Shown here in pieces: positions 41,701 through 53,700 of a stretch of DNA of 64,000 bases. The position numbers were made by a program, and so were the translations under genes. Under the pieces are notes generated by a model. That model did not search any database. It was not told the origin of the DNA and saw nothing but the letters and a program-made list of their open reading frames with translations. Numbering within the stretch: position 1 is the first letter of the stretch; every line of letters begins with the position of its first letter. This stretch comes from Tubulanus polymorphus (Eukaryota > Animalia > Nemertea): positions 4,712,001 through 4,776,000 of the forward strand of contig NC_134029.1 in the NCBI RefSeq assembly GCF_964204645.1. Direction: 5' to 3'.

Positions 41701-44700
41701 ACAACGGAACTTGCGTTTGCGACCTGGGCTGGAATGGAAAACACTGTTCACTCGGTAAGTTATCTTTTCGCGTCTAATTCGACTATAGTAATTCCAGACC
41801 CAATAGTTAACGTCGATATACTAACACGCATCAAAAAACTGCTATTATTTCTTTTCGATTTACATGTGTGGTTAGATTGATTTAGTGAATATTATCTATC
41901 GTTCGCTAGTTCGATTTTCGATTTTTACGCGCCCATAATATTTGCACGAAATAGAATCACGTTTCATTTTCCCCCGTGACCTCGGAATCAAACATCGATT
42001 TGAACTAACGGACGAACTCCGCGCGTTTCTCATGTTACCGACGAATCTCAATAGCGATCCATAAAACCGATATCCATTACAAGCGTATACGGTTATGATT
42101 GATATTTCATCGTTATGTCTGATATCTGAGAACAGTCTGGAGTTATCAGGCGTTAATAGCTTTCACCTAGCTCAGCGAGCGCGCGTAATATCGCTACATA
42201 TTTTTTTCGACTTTCGCCCGAAGCGAGGAAATGATATTGGCTTAATGGCTGTGCACTGGGGACTATTGAATTTAACGCGGTCTAATGGCTCGGCGCATGC
42301 GAGATCTGATCTACCTGTTGAATCAACTCGATTAGGCATAAAACGCCGACGAATGCAGCAGACATAAAATAATGTTTGTTAAACGAAACATCGCGCGATT
42401 TAGATTCACAGCCAGCTGCACGTAGCGATTTAAGGCGAACGTTTACGACGCTTTTACCGCGGCCCAGTTCCCCGTAGACCCAGCTTAAACGTACGAAAAC
42501 TTGCTTTTTAAAAATCTAGTCGAAACCTCGTTCGAATATGTAAAATCTGTTTTTGATTTCTGTCCAAGGAATTCCGGCTTCGCAATTCTGGCTTCGAAAC
42601 TGCTTTGAAACATTTTGTTTAGATATCGTTAGTAGTACTGCGGGGTCTCCTAAACTACTATCGTTGACTTAAGCTGTCTCACTGTCACTACCTTTTCGAC
42701 GATAGAAATTCGGATCCACCCTTTGATAAAATGGATGACTATATAGCTTCATCTAAATCAATGGCCACTTCGCCAGAACAACGATTATTTGATTTTAAGC
42801 GCCGTTTATATAAATAAACATTAAATTGTTTTTACGATAATTATCATTCATTTCGATGGAAAATTATGGTTTGATTTTTAAAAAGAGACGAAAAAAACTC
42901 GTTTATCGACGCATTTTGTCAATATGCAACGCGCAAACACGTTCAAACTTCAAACAGCCTTTAGGCCGGGAAATTATTTACAAAATGTAGTTACGCCCTT
43001 CGGTAAACAAGGTTTCGTTCTTTAATGATCGCTCATCAAAGCCTTATGAAATTACTGAAAGTAATGAATTACCAATGAACAGCCGTTAGCAATTCGGCCG
43101 AGTCGCGTCTGAAAAACAATTGAAAAATATATTCTACGCATGTTCAAATGTTTATAGGCAGATAGAAAATTATTGCGGATGGAGTTTGCCACTTTCTGGC
43201 GGTACAGATTCTAGGCGTCATGAAACTGTTGTTAGTTTGGGTCATTTGCTGCAAGTATCCCCCTATCGCTCCCGTACAGTCAGTCTATGAGCATTTTACT
43301 GATGAGACCTGACTCTTCTTTGGTCGCGTTTATTACTCGCAGTGGCTTAATAAAACATTGTTTCAGCATTCATTAAGTGTTTCTTATTCTACTTGCTTAT
43401 CCGGACTACAGGAGGTAATTCTTCTAATTTCAATCTCCATGGTAACAATTGCACATTTTGTTTCAGCGCACCTGAAATTTTTTTTTGTCGAATTTTTTTT
43501 TCTTTACTGCTCTCGATGTCTACGCTTGAAGCATGCTCGGGAGTACGTTTCATTGCGTGAAAAGATTAGCTTTAATTCCGTTGGATTAAGTGGATAAAGA
43601 GCTGTACGAACTAAGGGCACTTCAACTCAACAGTTGCTGGATTAAAGAGTCAGTTTAATGCAATGAAATGTACTCCTATTTTTAGCTCTAGCTCTAGGCT
43701 GTGTTTAGATGTATACGTTAAATACGGTACAAGTACCGTATTTGGGTTAGTGGTAAGCTTTTACTGTGTAGTAGAACGTTCTTATTTTTCGAATTCAGTC
43801 GTCATAGATTTATAAGACGATGAAAGCCATTCTCGTGACCTTAGGACACAATCAACAAGTTGCCGATTCGTTGCACCGTGTGTGTTTGAAAAACTAGATT
43901 TGCTTCGCGTGTTTTTAGCCTGTTTTTGTTTTGAGCGCGATTTGTATTTTCCGCTTACTGCACAATTTTTCGACGATCAAATAGAAATGATCTACATTTT
44001 CCGTTTAGTTACTTGGCAAATATCGTAACTTCTAAATGAAATCGCTACCGGGCTTGATATCTAAGCTCGGTAAATGTCAGCGTTAATTTCACGATTCTTT
44101 GATATTTCCGCGAATTATCGATATTTCGAATGTTTATGATATTCTAGATATCAATTGGGTGGAGTTAGGAATTGATTTTACCTGGTGGCAAATTTTCGAG
44201 AGTTTTGTTAGTGGGGAAAGAAAACTTTTAAAAGATTATATTTCATTCTATTTACAGATGGTTGTCCTAACGCGTGCAACAATCACGGTACATGTCAACG
44301 ATTTCAAGATGGCTGGCGATGTAGCTGCCAAAGTGGTTGGAAGGGCACTGCCTGCAACGTCGCAATGGAAACCCAATGCGGCGATAGCGTTGATAATGAC
44401 TTAGGTAAAAAAAACTCTAAACAAAATTTCTTTTGAAACTGCTGTTCTTTGTCCAACCGCGAGGGACACGGTTCATTAGCTAACCTAAATAAATGAACTT
44501 TGAAACTCAAATCTCATCTTTGATCGCATTAGTGTAGAGAACATCTACCCGGAAAGTAAAGTGACACCGCGGTGATTTTCATTCGAAAAAGTTCCCAAGG
44601 GTTTGATCATGGAAAGGTCATCGTTTTGAAATGTAAAGACATTGTTGCTTGTTAGCTTTAGCTCTTAATTGTTGTTTGTTATTTTAGACGGTTTGACGGA

Positions 44701-47700
44701 TTGCGTTGATCCCGACTGTTGCGTTACGTTCGCCTGTAAAGAGAGCATTCAGTGCGTTACCTCGCCGGACCCGATGGAGATCCTACTGCGCAAACAGCCG
44801 CCGAGCAATACGGCTTCGTTCTTTGATAAAATGAAGTTTTTGATCGAGGACGACAGCGTGCAGAATTACGCAACGCGATCGTCGTTTAATGAAAGGTGAG
44901 CGGAATAAATTACCTTTCAAACAGAATAAGAGAATTTCAATGAGCCATGTTTCGGCCTTTGATCTCTACTGCATAATAGAAATCCATCCCAACAACTCTT
45001 GTTTCAAATACATGTAATGGATATTTTACCAGAAAAAAGTTTACTGGCATTTTTTCTCGTCTTTAGTCTCAATTCCCTTTAATTCTTTATAAGTCGATCT
45101 CATGCTTTATGTGATGATTGTAGTTGTCTTGTGACTGATGAATCGATGCTTATTTTCAGCCAAGTTTCGGTGATCCGAGGCCGAGTTATTGCGAAGGATG
45201 GCAGCCCACTAATTGGCGTGCGTGTCAGCGTCCTCACTCAACCGCTGTATGGCTTCACTCTTACCAGAGAACAAGGATTGTAAGTTAGAAAACTTAATAA
45301 TGATGTTGATAACACAAAAATATTATTTGATGGAATTACGATTCACAAAAAACCTTGTTGGTGATTTGTAGATTCGATATACTCGTGAATGGTGGCGGAT
45401 CGGTGACCTTGAACTTCCTTCGTCAGCCGTTCAAATCGAAAGGTTCCACGGTGACCGTTCCCTGGAATCGGCTGATAACCATGGACACGGTCGTGATGTC
45501 CCTCGTCGAGGATAAATCCACCGAAATTCAACCTTGTCCGAGCGCCAACCATGACCACTACACCGTCCGGCCGTTGGTGTTATCGACCTGGGAGCACACG
45601 CAACTCGGTTCGTGTTCGTCGAAAAGCGCCCTCATACCCGAATCCCAAGTTCTACAAGAGAGTATTCTAGTGCCCGATACCGACGTGCACCTGGTTTACC
45701 ACAGCAGCGAAACTTCGGGTTATATGTCGACGATTATGATTCAACTCACCCCGGATAAAATACCGGAGACCCTGGCGGTGGTTTACATGAGAATAGCAGT
45801 ACAGGGTCTGACTTATGAGAAAACCTTCGAGGCAGACGCCGGACTGAAGTACAAGTTCGCCTGGGAAAGGCTGAACGCTTATAATCAGAAAGTTTACGGA
45901 ATCGTCACAGCCAGAGGTAAGCAGCGACGAAATGATATATTGCTTGTTTATATAGAAGAAAATGTATTTATAAACCTAATAAATAGTTATCAAAGTATTT
46001 GCATACGTTTCATGTATTGTTTAAGTGTAGGTTAACATACTATTTATGGTTTGTTTATATGTTTGTAGTTGCTGTCGGCTATAAATACGAGGATTGCGAT
46101 CATATATTCTGGGAGACACAGACTGCGACTATGAGCGGTTACGACATGCCATCTTCCGATATCGGAGGCTGGAATTTAGATATACACCACATGTACAACT
46201 ACCAAGAAGGTAAGAAAGTAACGAGACTGAATGTTCTTTTATTTCTAACTCTAGAGATTTGGATATATTCGCCATAAATATAGCAAGATTTCTTCACAGA
46301 AAGCCTGCTACTTTGACTTATCATTCGATGAAAAACTCGCAACTTGTCTATATCTTGTGCTTCGAAATCATTGTAGGAATCCTGCATAAAGGCGACGGAA
46401 CTAACATTTATTTGAAAGAAAAACCGAAGAAAATTGTCACCGTACTCGGCAACGGGCGTCGACGTAAACCTGAATGTAAGAATTGTAACGGGCCTCCCGA
46501 GGGTAACCGACTATTAGCTCCAGTTGCACTGGCCAGCGGTCTCGATGGAAGTTTGTACGTGGGCGATTCGAATTTCATCCGAAAACTGTTGTCCAGTCGT
46601 CAAACAGTTATGAACATTTTGCAGATGGGGTAAGTGAAGAAGGCCTAGATGAATAGAATACGATCCACGGGAGGATTTAGGGAAAATGTGCCAATGCGTT
46701 GAAATAATTTTATCCATTTTCTGATTATTTTAGTACGGTATCGTCCTCCTACAAATACTATATGACCGTTAGTCCGTTGAACGGCAAGCTTTATATCTCC
46801 GACTTCCAAAACCACCGCGTTATCCGCGTCAAGACGATGGGAGCTGTTCGCGATTTGGAGCACAATTACGAGGTCATCGCTGGAACGGGAGAAACGTGCG
46901 TCCCGGGAGAAAGAGATCGTTGCGGAGATGGATCCAATTCCGTCAACGCAAAGCTCCTCTATCCGAAAGGTAATCATTGATTTTTGCTTTCGTTTAGTTG
47001 ACAGTCGTTTTACCTTCCACGCTTATGAATTTCGATACTGTTAAGTGAGAAGTATATTGCTTTATCTTAAGCGCTTTCGTTTGATTTTCGCAGGAATCGC
47101 AATCAACAAAGATGGAATCGTCTATTTTGCCGATGGTTCGAACATTCGCACTGTTACCAAAGACAACGTCATTCATACTATCATCGGTCATCAGGAGCAG
47201 CCGGGAGCATGGCGTCCGCTGCCCTGTCACGAGGCTATTTCATTCGAAGAGGTAAAGAATTCTATTCTAATTAGCATATTTATCATTGGTTCGTCGTTAA
47301 AGTGGGTATATTTTGAAATTAAAACCTATTTTCTTTGTACAGACAACGTTGAAATGGCCGACAGCTTTAGCGGTGAATCCGCTAGATGACACGGTGCATG
47401 TTCTGGATAACGATATGGTCCTGAAACTGACGCACGATAGTAAAGTGATCGTTGTAGCTGGTCGGGCGATACACTGTCCTCCTCGAAACAATCAAACTCG
47501 GCCGAATTTCCTCGAAGATGACGAACTGACCCAGTACGCCACGGATGTCGTGCTCGATCATCCCCAACACATCGCGTTCGCGCCGAACGGCGATCTGTAC
47601 ATCGTCGAGAGCGATAAGAAATACATCAACCGCATCCGAGTCGTGACGACCGACGGTAAAATCTATCACCACGTCGGGGCCAAACCGAAATGCGATTGCT

Positions 47701-50700
47701 CGCAGAGTAACTGTCGATGCTTCGACCCGAAAGAGATCGTCGCCTCACAGGCGTTGTTGAGCAACCCGACGTCCGTCTCGGTCACTCCCGATAGCGTTTT
47801 ACACATATCGGATATGGGTAACCTGCGCGTGCACTCCGTCATGTCGATTCTACCCAAACAAAACGCGATGAGGCAGTACGAGGTTCTGTCGCCGGAAACT
47901 CAAGAACTTTACATTTTCAACCGTTACGGGCAACATCTCTACTCGAAGAACATCATCACCGGACAGTACATGTATAATTTTACGTATTCCGTTAATTCAT
48001 TTTACGGGAAGCTGACATCAGTAAGAGGCGCCGGCAATAACCAAATCACCATCATCAGAGACTACACGACATTCGCCAAAGAGATTCGGTCCCCGAACGG
48101 CTTGATTTGCAATCTGAAGATGGACAATTTGGCCCGTTTGGTTCGGTTCATGAATCCGGACAATTTCACGGTGTCGTTCACGTACGTGCAGAATACCGGT
48201 TTACTGGAGACGAAACACACTAGCAGCGGTTTGACCTATTTCTACACGTACGACACGAACGGGCGCCTGACCAGAGCCATCCAACCGACCGGCGAGATCA
48301 TCAGTATCGAGACTGATGTCGACACAACAGGTGCTGTTGTACACGTCAAAACAGACGACAAAACAGATGTTACCATGGCCACCAATGGAAATATGCTTTC
48401 GATTCTCCATGGCAAGTTCCTATAGCTTTATCTCAATCTTATATCTCTATCTGAGTGGTTCCCAAATATATCATTATCGAGATATCTAGTCAGATATAAT
48501 GCATGCAGTCTGACGATTGATATGAATGTTCTAAAAAGTAACATCGCAATTCTTATAGCTGTGCTTCGTCTTTAACAAGTTAAGACTCACTTCCGCGCCA
48601 GCAAAATTCAAGCAAATGACACAAATTTCTCTCAAACACTGAATTTCATAAAGTTACGTGAATATAATATAGTTTTTTTCAACGAAGGAACCATTTACGA
48701 TAGAGACTTCAATCAGTCGACAATCAATACTAATCATCCCTGAACTGATTCAAATACATTGATTTCGATGAATTGATTCGAGGATGCCTTTGAATGGCTA
48801 TCTTCGTATGATTGGCGCTTTTATCCCAGTCTGCTTTTGAATTATAAGGTCCTTTCGAAAAGTGCATTCACTGCCTCCGCAATTTCAATCTGGAATATAC
48901 ACTGGCTTTGGTTCGCACGTAAACTTAGATTAGCAGATTCGGAGACCATTTCTGATTCAGTAGTCGAATAAAACACTCTAATCCGTGTTAATTGTAGATG
49001 AATCAAAAGTCCGACATTAGAATTTGCTAGTGAACAGCCGAAACGTTGTGGTTTCATTTTAATAGATTTTATCATATGAAATTATTTTGTGGGACTTCTT
49101 GATTCATTTCTGATTTATAGAATGAAATGGTACACTAAGTCAACCTAAGCCGTTCTCATGGAGAAGCCTGCAGACTTAAACTACTATTAAATAATTAACT
49201 GAACAAATGCATTTACATCGAAACAAATTTACAAGTACAACGAGCATGAACAAGTTTTCATAGATTGACTCTTTGATGAATTATTTATTGACTTCTCGCT
49301 GCATGAAAGCAGGAATATTATTGATATTTTTAGTCGGTCAATTTTCTACGAGGCATGGTGCAAAAATGCATGTTCATATTCTTGAATAATAACACCTCGC
49401 GAAGCAAGCCTATACCACTGTGTTCAGAGGGCGCCGCGTTTGAATGTGGCCAGAAAAATGTTTGGACTGCCGGAAAATCATTTTGCCATCTAGCGACGTA
49501 CATTGAAAGTAATTGAAACGAGTATCAACAAAAAGTTAGAAAACGTATTGGCGGTCGTTTCATTTGGTTTGCACACTTTTGACGCTTCTTATTGGCAATT
49601 GATTTGAATTACCAAATGTCGATTTAACGACAAATGCCACATCCGATGGTGATATAAGCTTGCTTGTCGACAACTAGAAAGCTTGTTTAGTTGTTACATC
49701 TTGTTTACTTACAAAGACAAGGATTTTAACATTACGCGTTTGTGTATTGTGTGTGTACATTATATATCTGTTTATTACTGACAGACATTATTGTATTGCT
49801 CTTTCTCCAGTCCCCGAAGGTCTAACCTCACCCATACATGGTGAGTAGGTTAACAAATACGATGTATTTATATAGAATAGGTTTCTTTCTCTTCGATAGA
49901 TTAGTTCAGCCTTTATTTGTCTCTTAAATCACTCGAGTCGATAACGCTGATGGCTTGGTTGATTTCGTAATATCGGAATTCCGTTCTTCTGTCACAGAAA
50001 AGAAGAACTTTTGAAATAAACGTTAAACAATCATTGAAATTGAAGTATTGGATAAAGACCACAAGAAACGGGACTTAAAATGATCTGAACTGTGTTGACC
50101 TTTCTTCTCGAATGTTTGATTTGGTTTCCCATCTATCCATTCTCTTTAAAATCTATCAAATTCTATATTCTATTCTGTACACTTTCTTCCCTTCACTAAA
50201 CGTTCTTATGAAGTAAATATGTATATAACGTATAGATAAATATGCTTGATACGGTGAAAGTCTAAACATTCTCTTTAAAATTACTTAACCTAAAACACCT
50301 GTGATATGAACAAAATATCACTATTATATCACTATTGATGCATAGACGATGAATGATAGATTAAAGATATAAACTGAGATTAGATATTCCACTTTTTACG
50401 AAATTGGCTATATCGTGTTTGTCCGTTTTGCTGCTGCTATTTACTGGTTTGTGTGTGATTTGTACTATGATGTTCGCGCACTCCGTCGTGATGTTGTTTT
50501 ATTTTTTTTTTTACCGCCACCGTAGATTTTAGTGAATTCACAATCCTGCTATTTATACGTCTATAATAGTTCAGTCGTACACGTGATAGATGCAATACTG
50601 TGGTTATTCCACTATAAAAGGAATGTAAATCAAATGAATTATGTATCCTGAAATAGAGAACCCCGCCACTGCGATCCCTTATCGAGAATACGAAGAGTAA

Positions 50701-53700
50701 AAACGTAAGACAAATTTCAAACGAAAGAACATCATTAGCTTTACAAGCAATGCTGCTTCGAGATCTTCTTTCATCTTTTATTTTGAGTTCATCAGGTTTT
50801 TTATTCTTCGGCTAAAATGGTTTTAAAGATAAGAATTCAATCTTTACTTCTCGGCTTCTTATATTTCCCTGTCTTTCTCTCTATCTCCTATCGATCAACA
50901 CTTACTTAACTCCCATTCATACCTTCCATCATTACGCAAATACCGTACTCCATTAGTGATTATATTTCCTATGTATCCTAAACCCTGGAAAATAAAACCT
51001 CAGCTGATGAAATGATGAGAATAAATTGTTTCTAATTACACTTCCCAAAAATCAATCCAATTTCCATGGTAACTAATCTAACGGTAATCGTTCTGTATTA
51101 ACACTTTAGACTAGGCGTTGTATCTCGGTGATTAGTCTACATCGCATTTACTCGAGAGCGATCATTTTCATGGAAACCCAGTTCTCTAGTTGTAGCATCC
51201 ACGTGTTAACATCGAGCTTATATTCGTTATTGTTTTACAGGAGCCAAAGCGAAGATAACGTACACGCCGGACGGATCGCTGGTGATCGAGTATCCGACCG
51301 AGATGGCCGTCACGATCGAGACTAGTCCGCACCCGCTGCTCAGCTCCGAGCATCCCATACACCTGCGACGCAAGATCATCATGCCGCAACACATCGTGCA
51401 TCGGTTACAGTGGCGTTATTACATACGTCGCGAGCGTACGAGGGTTAAACGTTTTGACACGTTCGGTCGCGTGATGCGGGTAAAACGACAAGCCTCCTCG
51501 TCTTGGCATGCCGATTCTAACATCGATGCACTTACAGATGACCTTGACATGCATGAGATAGGCTACAATGGAAAGATCCTTATGGTACGTTTACCCTATA
51601 CCCACCACACCACCTCCACGGCAGCCTTAGCGCTCTGAATCTATTCTCTTCATTGTTGTCCTTATGTCTGTTTTCAATGCCCACAACCCTGATGGATGTA
51701 CTAGCCCTTATTGGAAATAGAACCAATATCCGCCCTCTATCTTTCAACGATTAGATGTCATCATCCATCGGGGCAACGTGGGCAACTTCTGAGCTGTGAC
51801 ATTTTCGATTTCATACGCGTTTTTCAGTTTTCATTTGTTAAATCAGTCTCATATATCTTTATATACAATAATTTTTGGCCAAATTTTATTCTCGCACCAC
51901 AAAACGTGTTTAGCACATTTTTCACTTATTTAGGTTTAACATCTTGTATTCTTACGTCTTTGTACTTTGCAACGAAAACGTGGCTTGCTTGATAAATATC
52001 GCCTTTTCTCGAAGAAATACGATAGTATTTCGGAACACCTCTCTCGATAAATCGATACCAAAATCTTGCTCTAAACTTTCGCCTTCTCAAAACGATCATA
52101 CCTTTAGCGCTGTAATATCGACTAATCTACTTTCAGACATAAGGACAACATTTTCTTTTATATCTGTCGTCTGACATTAACTAGTTAAAAATTCCTAAAT
52201 TTCTGTCGGCACTTTGATGATGTTTATCTTTATAAAATAAATAAAAATCATATCTGATAACTTTGACGCGAAGATATAATCCGACAGATCCATTGAGCTA
52301 ACGTGGCGTTACTCAACTGGAATCTGGAATCGGCTACTAAAAAGTGTGCATAATTTGCATTTAATTTGCATAATGTATACATGTGTAGGTCAAACAACCA
52401 AAACGTGTACTACGAGTAAGTAAGATTTTATAATGCTCCCAATCTTTCTGGGTAAAATAGGGTAGAAATTCCTTATTGTTATCATTATCATTATTATTAT
52501 TAAAGCGTCGTAGATTCTCACTCACTTATGTTGCAATGAGCATCGAACATTCACGGTTTAGTTAGTTAAAATCTAAGTGTTGTTCCGGACACTCATTTTG
52601 TTTAGTGCCAGGTAACGCTCTATTTTGTGATGAGTGTCTGACACTCGCTTCGCACACTCGTAGTACCGATTTTACCAACCGCCGGCTAGGCCCCCCTTAA
52701 TCGTAGGTACCCTCAAAATCGGATAGTAGTGGATTCCTTCACTGATGATAAGTATTTTGACTTGGCTTCATATGCGACCTTTGTGCTGCCCTCTAGTGGC
52801 ATAGTGCTTGAACCTGAACCCTTCCTTACCTCAAAAGCACAGTTTTGATTGATTACAACTAACTGCATGATCGAGATCTGACCTAGACTAGTCACATTTG
52901 GGAACGTTTTGGATTATCTTTTTTAAACTTCCGTTTCAAATCCAAATTGTGGCAAAACAATAAGAAGATTGATATTTCTTTGTGAAGTTGGATGACTAAC
53001 AAATTGAAATTGCAGTTTTAATCGAAATTAACCTTGGCGGAAAAGCAGAATGCATGAACGAAAGCATGACATTTACTTATTTCTTAAATAGTAGAAACAG
53101 TTTCTATACTCTCTACGTGTTTTATTGACTGAAAAGTTTCAGTCTTGAGGTCAGTGTTGAAGCGATGTATAGAGAAAAGTTGATGCAAAAGATGCATCGG
53201 TGTAATGTGCATGTGTGCGGAGACTGGGACCTAGAGGTAGCCAATACTATTACGCAACGAAGCCTACAAATGTATCATAATATATACACTTAGCATGGCG
53301 ATCGTCCAACCTGTAGCCCTTACAGCTTATGTATCTCTCCATTCAAAAACACTGACATCGAGAACTGTTATAATCAATCTATCTCTCTTTTGACTAAACT
53401 AAAAGAGTACACTAAAATACCTCAACAGTCACAACCCAATGAAAAAACGCACCCCCAAAATTCCCGAGATATCTAATAGTATCTGGCATGTTAATTGCTT
53501 TAATTGATTCAATCAAAATGTCCTGTGACTCATTATTACGATGTCCTCGTTACGTTTCCAATATCTGGGGTTTGCAGACTAATGTAAGCAAAGTCTCACC
53601 CTGAGATTGAATATTAATTCGTGTTTTATATATTAATAAACAGTGTTGATATCTTGTGTCCTGAGATATACAATATATACCATGTTCGTCCAATCAAATA

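Noticed and set aside
42478-42490. Microexon ccccgtag|ACCCAGCTTAAAC|gtacg in the EGF7/8 intron
   Set aside because: It is 13 nt and has an in-frame TAA in the required phase.
43299-43330. Hammerhead CTGATGA-GACC...GGTC
   Set aside because: The GAAA box after stem II is missing.
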